This document shows positions 1 to 8,662 of a stretch of 64,000 nt of DNA, piece after piece. A model generated the notes under the pieces. It made no database searches. It saw only the letters and a program-made list of their open reading frames with translations, and had not been told where the DNA came from. The position numbers and the translations under genes were made by a program. The stretch is taken from NCBI GenBank assembly GCA_016206085.1, contig JACQSF010000005.1, forward strand, positions 1,337-65,336. The letters run 5' to 3'. Every line of letters begins with the position of its first letter. Position 1 is the stretch's first letter. The stretch comes from Candidatus Uhrbacteria bacterium. Lineage in GTDB: Bacteria > Patescibacteriota > Patescibacteriia > UBA9934 > GWF2-40-263.

Positions 1-237
1 ACGAATGCGAGGCTTCAAGTTGCTGGCTCGCATGAGCCGCTGCATCTTCTTCCGGTTCATCCCGAGAGCCCAGACGACGCGCCGGGCACCGTATGCCGGG
101 TGCTCGGCCATCACAGCAATGATCTTTTGTTTGTCTTCTTCGTCGAGGGGCGGTTTCTTTGGTTTGTAGTATAGGCTCTGCCGGCAGATGCCGAGCTCCC
201 TCGCGAGCGCAGTCTTGGTCGTCTTGAGCGAGGCCAT
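1..237 (-). CDS. IS3-family transposase OrfB, N-terminal fragment (truncated by window edge)
   Basis: Own translation of the minus strand from ATG 237-235 gives MASLKTTKTALARELGICRQSLYYKPKKPPLDEEDKQKIIAVMAEHPAYGARRVVWALGMNRKKMQRLMRASNLKPRIR. This is the HTH region that precedes the DDE core in IS3 transposases. It is absent from the ORF track because no stop codon lies in the window. Confidence 0.7.
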   Translation of the reverse strand, partial: MASLKTTKTALARELGICRQSLYYKPKKPPLDEEDKQKIIAVMAEHPAYGARRVVWALGMNRKKMQRLMRASNLKPRIR

Positions 238-241
238 ACGC

Positions 242-526
242 TCACGGACGCCCCGTATTTTTTTCCGCACGCTTCTTTTCGAGCGCGAACAGTCCGATGA
301 TCTCCTTGAGCTCCTGGTTCTCGCGGCGGAGCTTGGCCACTTCGAGCGAACTCGTTCCGGTGTTGTCCGCCTGGGCCTTGAGCCACAGGTAGATCGCGTT
401 GCTCGTCACGCCGTGCTTCACGGACGCCTCGGAGACTTTCACGCCGTTCTTGATGTCCTCGAGGACGGCCTGTTTCACGGTCGCGTCAATGTGCTTTGCC
501 ATACGCGAGATATTTTCCATCCTCAC
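242..526 (-). CDS. IS3-family transposase OrfA (helix-turn-helix plus leucine-zipper-like tail)
   Basis: MAKHIDATVKQAVLEDIKNGVKVSEASVKHGVTSNAIYLWLK followed by LEVAKLRRENQELKEII, the typical IS3 OrfA layout. The ORF ends just after an A7 run (plus-strand T7 at 258-264). Confidence 0.75.
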   Translation of the reverse strand: MRMENISRMAKHIDATVKQAVLEDIKNGVKVSEASVKHGVTSNAIYLWLKAQADNTGTSSLEVAKLRRENQELKEIIGLFALEKKRAEKNTGRP

Positions 527-577
527 TGGGAAGTCTGTCTAGTGTACGGGGTCCACTCCAGGCAAAGGCGGGCGGGT

Positions 578-970
578 CTATCTCTCCCATTCTTTGATAT
601 GTGGTGAAAAATCAAGCTGATAATCCGGAATGCCTAATGACACACCATATTTTGTTACATCATCATACTGTTCTGATTTAGCACGATCAACTTTGAATAC
701 TTTATTGCGGAAGATTATGTAATGAAAATCACTGTTTTTAAAATCAGCATACCAATCATGTTCGAAGTCCAATGCCTTGCTAATTTCTTCCGCAATATTA
801 TCAGCTTGATTTTCTAAAATTTCAACGGTGTGTAATGTCCATTGTTTAATCCAAGGTGTTTTATGTTCCTCGGTTACTTGTTCAACATCCGTCTTGAGAA
901 TTTTTACTTTTCCCAAAACATCCTTATTCTCAAGACTTTCTTCAATAATTACACCGTTGAAATTTTTCAT
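578..970 (-). CDS. hypothetical protein (130 aa) in an AT-rich cassette
   Basis: Uninterrupted ORF in a markedly AT-rich segment. No motif recognised. It is bracketed by inverted repeats at 561-578 and 1007-1025. Confidence 0.45.
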   Translation of the reverse strand: MKNFNGVIIEESLENKDVLGKVKILKTDVEQVTEEHKTPWIKQWTLHTVEILENQADNIAEEISKALDFEHDWYADFKNSDFHYIIFRNKVFKVDRAKSEQYDDVTKYGVSLGIPDYQLDFSPHIKEWER

Positions 971-1100
971 ATGTTTGATTTCAGTTAATGTTTATTAAAA
1001 TCCACGATCCGAGCCCGCCTTTGCCCTATTTCGCACAACTGGTTTTTGTCTGAACTGTTTTCAGATATAAGCCCAAAATACGCTGTGTATCTGTTTCATA

Positions 1101-2621
1101 TCACTCACTCACCACAACTCCAACAGGCCTCCTCATAGAAACAATCTCTTCCAGTAACACTGTCCCGTGTGACTCTGCCTGCCTCTTGTTTGGAAGAAAC
1201 GGGATCAAGAAGAGTAGATAACCCAGGCCTATAGGGTGGTTGAGGTAGGGCGAAAAGAAGTGCGTGCCGTAGATGAAGACGATGCCGGTTACCAGAGCCA
1301 GACCGATCCAGGCCTGGTCTGTCCAGCGGTACGCCCAGAGACGCTTTATAAGCTCATAGGCGGCGTAGAGAAAGCTCAGCGGTCCTAGGATTCCCATCTT
1401 AATCCAGAGTTCGAACCAACCCCACTCCATGGAGGTCGTAGACCAGGCGCCGTCGGGACTGATCGCGCGGATGCGCGGATCGTCGGTTTCAAACGTGACC
1501 GCTTTGCCGAAACCGTGTCCGACTAAGGGGCTTGCGAGAATCTCGTTGAGAATTGGGGAGAGCAACTTCCACCGACTTGAGATCCCCGCATCCCCTGTCT
1601 CGGTCGTCCGATCCTTGAGCGAATCAAAAAGCGAACCCCCTGCGAGGCTTGGATCGGGAATGGGAAACAAGGCGATGGAGAACAAGAGTGCGACACCTAA
1701 CGCAGCTGTAAGGATAGACCAACTTGTGAATTGAAGAATGGTATGAAGACGTGGCTTCGCCGTTCTGTAGAGCATCACCAAAATGAAGAGAAGTGCTGGC
1801 ATGAGTCCCACCCAGAAACTGCGTGAGAGTGCGAGCAGTACGATAGCGATAATGACCGCACCAAGACCCATGAGCCAGCTTCGTTTTTCTCCGGTGAGGG
1901 TGAGCGCGAGCACAAACCACCCAAAGATCGCCGTGAACATTTGTGACTGAACAAATACGCGATACACACCGTTACCGACGTCTGTCACTTCAGCGATACG
2001 GAGGTCGCGGAGCAATTCATACGCGGGAGTAAGCAATGCGACCCAGAAATGGGTGAAGATATAGAGAATGGTAAACGAGATGGCTGCGGCCCAGATGGCA
2101 CCTGCGGCGAGAATTTGGAGGAGGTCATGACGATGTCTGTGATTCCAGGCCACCGAAAGCACTGGGAGAAGATAGAAAAGATAGAGATAGGCATTGCCGT
2201 CCTTGAAGACGGAGATCGGGTCTCGTGAGAGGACTCCGATGATGAATCCAAGCGCCGCTGCAAGAACCACGAAGAGGAAAATCTGTGCACGACCGTCCTT
2301 GAGTTCTGGACGATAGCGTCGCATGAGGAACCCAATCCCCCACCCCACCATAATTCCACCGAAGATCGCCATGCGCATGGAGACGGCGAATCCACCCACA
2401 TCCGCCAGAAGAAGCGCTCCATGAGGATTTGAAAAAAGTTCGATGAACACGAGATAGAGTGCATAGTCTAGTTTCTTGAAGGCAAGCGCCGCGCTCAGCA
2501 ACGATACAAGTCCCAAGAGAATCGCGGATATCCCTGTGTAGTAACCAACAATACCGATCCCATAGAGGACGGACATGCAGACAAGCGCGTACCAAAATGT
2601 GCAAGAGAAAAATTGGCGCAT
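1101..2621 (-). CDS. O-antigen ligase/polymerase-like (Wzy_C-type) polytopic membrane protein
   Basis: Many TM segments plus a large loop with GHGFGKAV. It sits next to glycosyltransferases and a flippase. The start was moved to ATG 2621, just after the upstream stop; the track ORF extends to 2666. Confidence 0.55.
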   Translation of the reverse strand: MRQFFSCTFWYALVCMSVLYGIGIVGYYTGISAILLGLVSLLSAALAFKKLDYALYLVFIELFSNPHGALLLADVGGFAVSMRMAIFGGIMVGWGIGFLMRRYRPELKDGRAQIFLFVVLAAALGFIIGVLSRDPISVFKDGNAYLYLFYLLPVLSVAWNHRHRHDLLQILAAGAIWAAAISFTILYIFTHFWVALLTPAYELLRDLRIAEVTDVGNGVYRVFVQSQMFTAIFGWFVLALTLTGEKRSWLMGLGAVIIAIVLLALSRSFWVGLMPALLFILVMLYRTAKPRLHTILQFTSWSILTAALGVALLFSIALFPIPDPSLAGGSLFDSLKDRTTETGDAGISSRWKLLSPILNEILASPLVGHGFGKAVTFETDDPRIRAISPDGAWSTTSMEWGWFELWIKMGILGPLSFLYAAYELIKRLWAYRWTDQAWIGLALVTGIVFIYGTHFFSPYLNHPIGLGYLLFLIPFLPNKRQAESHGTVLLEEIVSMRRPVGVVVSE

Positions 2622-2623
2622 AA

Positions 2624-3469
2624 TTATCGAGGTTTCACGAGCGAGGCGATAAAGCCGGTGATCCAAAAGAGTGGTTCAGACACAAGGAAGAGTATGCCTA
2701 CGAATGACCCGTGGTGCTTGAACATATATCGTCGAATCGAGCATCTGAGCATGGCCTGCTTTTTGATTGTAAGGATACGATCGAAGCTGGCACCTTTTTT
2801 GTGTCTGGCCGAGATATCTGCAAAATATCGTACTCGCCAGCCTGCATCCTTTGCACGTCGACAATAATCAACTTCCTCATACCACATAAAGAAACGCTCA
2901 TCCAACAGTTCAATCTCCTCGAGCAGTTCACGACGAATACAAAAGAGCGCGCCCATGACCTGATCGACATCGGCCGATTGCGAGTAGTCAAATCCCCGGA
3001 CGAGCCAGCGCTTGAAGGGTGCGAGATTTGGAAATACGTGATTGAGTTTTAGAAGAAGGAAGTATTGATCCAGAGGTTCTGGGAATGTCCAGACACAATC
3101 CTGTTGGCTGCCATCGAGATTTTTGAGCGTGACTCCGCCGATACCAACATCAGGTGACGTCACCATCTTGCCTTCGAGTTGCTCAAGCGCATTGTCATCA
3201 AAAATGATGTCAGGGTTCACGAGCACGATGAAGTCGCCTGTTGTCTCTTTGATCGCCAGATTGCACCCGCCAGCAAACCCGAGATTAGTCTTGCTCTGGA
3301 TTACGCGAACTTTGGGGAACCGCCGCTCAAGTTCTTCCATCGAATCCCCCGATGCGTTCTCAATGACGAATACCTCAAGTCCAGCCGAGTCGTGATGCGC
3401 GAAGAGTGACTCAACCATTTTGAGGGTATAGTCGATCGTTTTGTAATTGACGGTGATGGTCGAAATCAT
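2624..3469 (-). CDS. glycosyltransferase family 2
   Basis: N-terminal ITVNYKT...FVIENASGDS...NLGFAGGCN...VNPDI is a GT2 (GT-A fold) signature. There is a 4-nt ATGA overlap with the upstream gene. Confidence 0.8.
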   Translation of the reverse strand: MISTITVNYKTIDYTLKMVESLFAHHDSAGLEVFVIENASGDSMEELERRFPKVRVIQSKTNLGFAGGCNLAIKETTGDFIVLVNPDIIFDDNALEQLEGKMVTSPDVGIGGVTLKNLDGSQQDCVWTFPEPLDQYFLLLKLNHVFPNLAPFKRWLVRGFDYSQSADVDQVMGALFCIRRELLEEIELLDERFFMWYEEVDYCRRAKDAGWRVRYFADISARHKKGASFDRILTIKKQAMLRCSIRRYMFKHHGSFVGILFLVSEPLFWITGFIASLVKPR

Positions 3470-4167
3470 AGATGATGTTTTTGCACAATCACATCATGGG
3501 CGGCTTTATGTTTTCGAATCGCTTGAGGCGACCAGCCAATGAGTTGCCAGGGTAATCGATACACGAACTTTGGCAACCAGCGCGAATACGATGGACGATC
3601 AGATTCAACCAGAACATGATACAACGCTTCGTCCACAAACACGCCGACCTTCCCCTGCTCACTCATGGTAAGCCAGAGATCCCAATCCTGGAAGCGTTTG
3701 AGTGATTCATCGAAACCTGGAAAATCATCACGACGAATAAGCGCGGTCGTGTGAATGTAGTTTTGCGAACGAAGCGCCTCGGCGCTGAAAGGTCGACCTT
3801 GGAAGAGTCGACGTCCCCACCAAAAACTTGAATAGGCCCAAGCGGCTTTGTGGTTCTCTTTTAAAGCGTCCTCGAGTCTCTTCAACATCATCGGTTTCGC
3901 AATCACGTCAGCATCCCAAAAAATGACGAGCTCACCGGAGGATTTTTCAAACCCGTGATTACGAGCAACAGGCGCCCCTTGATTTTTTTGAAAGAAATAG
4001 TCGATTCGATCACGGTACGGGGCGAGCACATCAACGGTTGTGTCTGTTGAACCGTCATCAACAACGATCACCTCGTTTGGCCGTCGCGTCTGAGCGAACA
4101 ACGAATCAAGCGCGCGTGGAAGCGTGGTGGCGTGTTGGTAGGTGGGGATGATCACCGAGATCTTCAT
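3466..4167 (-). CDS. glycosyltransferase family 2
   Basis: KISVIIPTYQHATTLPRALDSLFAQTRRPNEVIVVDDGSTDTT is the classic GT2 N-terminus. The start was set to the ATG forming an ATGA overlap with the GT4 stop; the track ORF starts at 4203. Confidence 0.8.
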   Translation of the reverse strand: MKISVIIPTYQHATTLPRALDSLFAQTRRPNEVIVVDDGSTDTTVDVLAPYRDRIDYFFQKNQGAPVARNHGFEKSSGELVIFWDADVIAKPMMLKRLEDALKENHKAAWAYSSFWWGRRLFQGRPFSAEALRSQNYIHTTALIRRDDFPGFDESLKRFQDWDLWLTMSEQGKVGVFVDEALYHVLVESDRPSYSRWLPKFVYRLPWQLIGWSPQAIRKHKAAHDVIVQKHHL

Positions 4168-5264
4168 AGATACGGATCCAGCTTGCTCATCTGATTCTGA
4201 CACGTAAACGTCTTGGCGTGCTCGCGTGCCTGTAGGGACATTGCTGAACGAAGCTCGATATTTTTTGCCAGTGTCATGATGGCACTGGCCAGCAAACGCT
4301 CGTCTTGCGACTCGAGCAATAAACCAGTCTGTTGATCGATCACCGCCTCGTCGACTCCCTCGACTCTCGTTGCGATCGATGGTAATCCGGCTGCGGCAGC
4401 TTCAATATACACAAGTCCAAACCCTTCCTTATCAACAGAATCCTGCGAAACAGGCATAACAAACAGGTCAGACCCTTGATATAAACGCTGACGCTCCTCG
4501 TCTGAAACCATGCCATGAAACACGACATGACTGTTGAGATCCAACGTATCGACCATCGACCGCAGGCTTGACTCCATTGGACCATCGCCGACAATGTGGT
4601 ATACGAACTCGCCGAGTTCACCAGTCCCTCGAAGATGCGCGAGCGCGTTGAGAACATGCGTGTGTCCTTTGCGTTCGACGAGTCGAGAGACGGTGAGGAG
4701 GGAGAAGGGGTGGAAAGGCGGGAAGGTGGGAAGGTGAAGAGGTGGCAAGGGTGGAGTAATGCAGGGGTACACGACGAGAACCTCGGCGATACCAAAGTCG
4801 CGGGCAAGCTCGCGGGCGAGGGCTTGAGAATTGGCGACGACGAGACGCGCCCCTTGTAAAACTTTCGTTGCGAGTCGACGCTTTCGACTTGAAGACGAAG
4901 CGAGACGAATATCCATGCCGTGCACAAAAACAATGTACGGCGTTCCAGTAACCTTTTTTGCAAGCAGAGCTGCTGAACCGATCGGAAGAACATGACTCGT
5001 CAGAATGAGGTCATATCGAGAACGGTATGACCAGAGATAACGGACAGTCTTCAGCCACCTCGGCCAAATAAGTCGGCTCAGCAATGGCGCACGATAGATC
5101 GGGTATCCGGCGCTTGAATCAAACGTACTCCACGCAGGATGCGGATCCGCAAGAACCTCGATTCGATCCTTCAGGTGCTCAGCAACGGCTTGAAGGTAAC
5201 GCGCAACGCCACCTTCATTTGGGGGAAAGTCTGGGGTGATGAGGAGGATCTTTTTCTCATTCAT
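4164..5264 (-). CDS. glycosyltransferase family 4 (GT-B, Glycos_transf_1 type)
   Basis: C-terminal EGFGLVYIEAAAAGLPSIATRVEGVDEAV motif and the GT-B two-domain length. The interdomain linker carries a Pro-rich repeat encoded by 4709-4734. Confidence 0.8.
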   Translation of the reverse strand: MNEKKILLITPDFPPNEGGVARYLQAVAEHLKDRIEVLADPHPAWSTFDSSAGYPIYRAPLLSRLIWPRWLKTVRYLWSYRSRYDLILTSHVLPIGSAALLAKKVTGTPYIVFVHGMDIRLASSSSRKRRLATKVLQGARLVVANSQALARELARDFGIAEVLVVYPCITPPLPPLHLPTFPPFHPFSLLTVSRLVERKGHTHVLNALAHLRGTGELGEFVYHIVGDGPMESSLRSMVDTLDLNSHVVFHGMVSDEERQRLYQGSDLFVMPVSQDSVDKEGFGLVYIEAAAAGLPSIATRVEGVDEAVIDQQTGLLLESQDERLLASAIMTLAKNIELRSAMSLQAREHAKTFTCQNQMSKLDPYL

Positions 5265-6706
5265 ACGCGCTTGAAATATCCTAGATCCGTGAGTTTAAAT
5301 GATCCGGTAACGAGAAGCCCTACAAGATAGACGCCCCCACCGATGAACACAACAGGAATCCATCCCATGAGAGGCTTAAGGACTATGACGACGATGAGCA
5401 TGATGACGCCAACAAGGTAGATTGGCAGAATCGTTCGTACAAGTTGACGAAAGGAGAATGAGGGAATCACGCTGGGGATGTAGAAAAGACCGGCGACAAA
5501 CATGAAGACAAAGCTTGCAAGCGCTGCGTAGGCCGCACCAAGTATCCCAACCTGCGGGATAAGAATGGCATTGAGAACAATATTGATAATCATCGTGACA
5601 CCCATGATGACAGTCTTCGTTGACTGTTTTCCACAGGCATTCAGAAGCGAACCGATTGGGAAGTCAAGAAAAATCGGAATAAGGACAAAGATGAGTGTCT
5701 GCAAAACAATCGTCGCTTGTGTGTACTCCTTTCCTGCTAACAAAATAGCTTCCGGTGCCACGGCATAGAGTCCAAAAACGATCGGAGAAGAAATGAGCGC
5801 CATGTACCACATGCTTCTGAGGAAAATTTGTTTGAGACTCGCAGGATCCTTCCCTGCCACGGCACTCATGCCTGGATACAGGGCGGCGATAAAAGCAAGC
5901 GGAAGAAACTGAAAGGCATAGGTAAATTTATAGGCGATCGCGTAGACTCCCACCGCCGTGGTGTCGAGAATTTTTGAGATAAAAATTGAGTCGACATAGG
6001 AATAAATCTTGACAAAGATAGCGGCCAACGCAAATGGAAAGGCCATCTTCAAAATGAGTCGCGCGTCCTGACTTGACCAATGCGGAATGAGCGTGGACCA
6101 ACCAAGTCGTCGTGCCACACAAAAGGAAGCCACGAGGAGATTGATGAAACTTCCCCCCATAAGAGCCACAACGAGAAGTGGAAGCGATGGAGCGAGCGCA
6201 AGCACAAGGCTTCCAACGAGAGCCGTTGTCAGCATGCCTGAAAAAATACCTGCTGCCTCAAATTGGAGCGCCTGGAAGCCACGAAGCACCCCATAAAAAA
6301 ATACCTGCAGAGCGTCAAGCACAAGCACGACACAAGACATGGCGATGAGAACCTGAACGCTGTGGTCATATCCAAGGAGCCATCCCGTTGCCACAGAGCC
6401 ACTGACCGCAAGTATTATGAGCGGGAGCTTGAGAGCGAGGGCATGGGAGATGAGTTGACGAGCTTGTGTGGGGTCTTTGGCAATCTCGCGAATGGTGACG
6501 GATGTGATCCCGAACTCGGCGACGACAGAATAGATCGTTGTAATCGAAAGTGCGAGGAAATACTGACCAGTCATGTCTGGCATCATCACCCTGGCGAGAA
6601 ACAAAAAGTAGACAAAAGCGATGATCTTCTGTCCAACCGAGGCGATGGTCAAATAGAGGGCGTTTCTTGCAACTCGTTGCGTCACACAATGTGTAGTGTA
6701 ACCCAA
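5261..6706 (-). CDS. polysaccharide/oligosaccharide flippase (Wzx-like, MOP superfamily)
   Basis: A 481-aa protein with about 12-14 TM segments. The N-terminus NALYLTIASVGQKIIAFVYFLFLARVM is typical of polysaccharide biosynthesis (Wzx) proteins. It is the first gene of the GT locus. Confidence 0.7.
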   Translation of the reverse strand: MGYTTHCVTQRVARNALYLTIASVGQKIIAFVYFLFLARVMMPDMTGQYFLALSITTIYSVVAEFGITSVTIREIAKDPTQARQLISHALALKLPLIILAVSGSVATGWLLGYDHSVQVLIAMSCVVLVLDALQVFFYGVLRGFQALQFEAAGIFSGMLTTALVGSLVLALAPSLPLLVVALMGGSFINLLVASFCVARRLGWSTLIPHWSSQDARLILKMAFPFALAAIFVKIYSYVDSIFISKILDTTAVGVYAIAYKFTYAFQFLPLAFIAALYPGMSAVAGKDPASLKQIFLRSMWYMALISSPIVFGLYAVAPEAILLAGKEYTQATIVLQTLIFVLIPIFLDFPIGSLLNACGKQSTKTVIMGVTMIINIVLNAILIPQVGILGAAYAALASFVFMFVAGLFYIPSVIPSFSFRQLVRTILPIYLVGVIMLIVVIVLKPLMGWIPVVFIGGGVYLVGLLVTGSFKLTDLGYFKRV

Positions 6707-6751
6707 ATGATAACGGGGCGAAAGACAGACAGAACGATCCGTGAGACCACG

Positions 6752-6794
6752 ATAAAAAATAATCGACCACCGAACGTTAATCCGGTAGTCGATT
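6752..6794 (-). terminator. Rho-independent terminator after rpsI
   Basis: A 12-13 bp stem (aatcgaccaccg / cggtagtcgatt, one mismatch) is followed on the minus strand by a T-run (plus-strand a-run 6753-6760). Confidence 0.5.
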
Positions 6795-6812
6795 AGTTTA
6801 TGAGAGATCTCA

Positions 6813-7211
6813 TTAACGTTTGGACCACTGTGGTGAACGTCGAGCAGACTTGTGTCCGAACTTCTTTCGCTCCTTTACGCGCGCATCACGACTCAAGTAG
6901 CCTGCCTTCTTAAGCGTACTTCTAAATTCTGGATTGAAATCAAGAAGGGCTCTGGCAATCCCGAGTCGGATTCCATCTGCCTGGCCGTGAATCCCTCCCC
7001 CATGCACATGTATGGTGATATCAAAGATGTTTTCCGTCCCCGTTTCTTTCAATGGTGAGATGACCTTCTGTTGCATGGTTTCCAGCGGAAGATACTCTGT
7101 AAGGTCTCGGTCATTGATCTTAATCGTTCCAGAACCACCAGCATGGAGCCGCACGCGGGCGATCGCCTCTTTGCGACGTCCAATGGATTCGATGTACGTT
7201 CGTTCGCTCAT
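6813..7211 (-). CDS. rpsI: 30S ribosomal protein S9
   Basis: GGGIHGQADGIRLGIARALL and the C-terminal KKFGHKSARRSPQWSKR. Confidence 0.95.
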   Translation of the reverse strand: MSERTYIESIGRRKEAIARVRLHAGGSGTIKINDRDLTEYLPLETMQQKVISPLKETGTENIFDITIHVHGGGIHGQADGIRLGIARALLDFNPEFRSTLKKAGYLSRDARVKERKKFGHKSARRSPQWSKR

Positions 7212-7216
7212 ATCAA

Positions 7217-7567
7217 CTAGTTGGTTACGACCAAGCGCTTTAATCGCTGTGAGCGCTGCTTATTTTTTGGAAGCATCCGTGAGACGGCGCGACGAAGAAC
7301 ATCTGCTGGATCCTTTGCCCAAAGCGTACTAAGCTTCGTTTCTCGAAGCCCCGCGGCATAGGTTGTGTGACGATAATACGATTTTTGATTTAATTTTTTT
7401 CCGGTGAGCACCATCTTTGAAGCATTCGTCACTTGCACATGGTCACCGTCGTCAATATGAGAGGTGAAACTGGTTTTATGTTTGCCAATCAAAATCTGGG
7501 CGACTTCAGTAGCCAGTCGACCAGGCACTTTTCCTGCTGCATCAATTGTGTGGATTTCATGTGACAT
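7217..7567 (-). CDS. rplM: 50S ribosomal protein L13
   Basis: MSHEIHTIDAAGKVPGRLATEVAQILIGKHK. The start was moved to internal ATG 7567 because the track ORF (to 7621) would overlap rplQ. Confidence 0.93.
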   Translation of the reverse strand: MSHEIHTIDAAGKVPGRLATEVAQILIGKHKTSFTSHIDDGDHVQVTNASKMVLTGKKLNQKSYYRHTTYAAGLRETKLSTLWAKDPADVLRRAVSRMLPKNKQRSQRLKRLVVTN

Positions 7568-7571
7568 ACTG

Positions 7572-7922
7572 TTAGACAAGTTCAATTTGCACCATTTCCG
7601 CCCCATCATTTTTTCGGGCACCCATTTTTACAATACGCGTGTAGCCACCAGCACGATGTTGATAGCGAGGACCAAGAACCTCAAAAATCTTCTTGACAGG
7701 ATGTTCCGTGTAAAAAAACCCCATGAGTTTTCGTCGAGCGGCGATGGTAGGTTTTTTTCCCGACGTGATGGCTTTCTCCACCAACGACTTCACCGCTTTT
7801 GCCTTTGCTTGGGTCGTTTTTACCTTCTCATACAAAATCACGCTGGCGGCGAGATTTCGAAGCAAGGCCTCCCGAGGAGCCTTTTCACGACCTAAAATGG
7901 TACCTTTCTTTCGATGACGCAT
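7572..7922 (-). CDS. rplQ: 50S ribosomal protein L17
   Basis: MRHRKKGTILGREKAPREALLRNLAASVILYEKVKTT. Confidence 0.95.
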   Translation of the reverse strand: MRHRKKGTILGREKAPREALLRNLAASVILYEKVKTTQAKAKAVKSLVEKAITSGKKPTIAARRKLMGFFYTEHPVKKIFEVLGPRYQHRAGGYTRIVKMGARKNDGAEMVQIELV

Positions 7923-7928
7923 AGTCGA

Positions 7929-8645
7929 TTAGGACTCAATCTCCTGGAGGGAGCCTTGAGTATTAGTCAAAATCGAGAAATGGTCAATAAGGATTTTCGC
8001 GGACTCCTCGACCGCCTCTTTTGGAGAAATTGTTCCATCAGTCTCAATAGTCATCACGAGTTTGTCGTAGTTCGTGATTTCTCCAACACGTGTATTCTCA
8101 ACTCGATACCCGACATTTCGAACAGGAGAAAAAAGAGCATCGATAGCGATCGTTCCAATCTCTCGAGGAGCCTCTCCGGTACGCTCCTCACTCGTCGTAT
8201 ACCCGCGTCCCCGGAGTACCGTGAGTTCCATCTCAAATGTTGACGCATCGTCTGTCACGGTGGCAAGGACTAACTCAGGATTCATGATTTCAACGTCCGC
8301 ATTTGGAGCGATATCCCCGGCCGTGACAACCCTAGATCCTTTCACACTCAACTCAAGTTTGACCGGTTCATCAGAAAAACACTTCAGTCTAAGTGATTTG
8401 ACATTAAGAATAACCTCGAGGGCATCCTCCTTTACACCCTTCACTGCCTGGAACTCATGATTGACTCCTTTCATTTTTACCGCGGTCACAGCCGCACCAG
8501 GGAGAGACGACAAAAGAACGCGGCGTAGGGCGTTTCCCAGGGTTGTTCCATAGCCATGGAAACACGGTTCAACCGTAAGGATGCCTTCATTGGGGCGTTC
8601 ACTCTCGTCGAACTGGATACGTGATGGAAGAAGGATATTCTCCAT
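7929..8645 (-). CDS. rpoA: DNA-directed RNA polymerase alpha subunit, N-terminal (assembly) domain only
   Basis: GYGTTLGNALRRVLLSSLPGAAVT and the remainder of the alpha NTD. The protein stops at 238 aa, 6 nt before rplQ, with no linker or CTD. Confidence 0.9.
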   Translation of the reverse strand: MENILLPSRIQFDESERPNEGILTVEPCFHGYGTTLGNALRRVLLSSLPGAAVTAVKMKGVNHEFQAVKGVKEDALEVILNVKSLRLKCFSDEPVKLELSVKGSRVVTAGDIAPNADVEIMNPELVLATVTDDASTFEMELTVLRGRGYTTSEERTGEAPREIGTIAIDALFSPVRNVGYRVENTRVGEITNYDKLVMTIETDGTISPKEAVEESAKILIDHFSILTNTQGSLQEIES

Positions 8646-8662
8646 ACTTGTTAAAGATAAAC

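Larger units (their letters stand above)
1..578 (-). mobile_element. IS3-family insertion sequence, partial (continues beyond the left window edge)
   Basis: OrfA (HTH) lies at 242-526 and the N-terminus of the transposase OrfB at 1-237. The segment is visibly GC-rich, and composition drops sharply to AT-rich right of about 578. Confidence 0.65.

Noticed and set aside
111-386. 91-aa ORF in the canonical -1 frame downstream of the IS3 A7 slippery run
   Set aside because: The translation (…SVWPRSRRPRLRSRGSSASAGR…) has no transposase similarity. The recognisable OrfB sequence is in the other (+1) frame.
188-607. 139-aa plus-strand ORF over the IS3 OrfA region
   Set aside because: It is antisense to a clear transposase OrfA and has no recognisable motif. 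It is a GC-rich shadow ORF.
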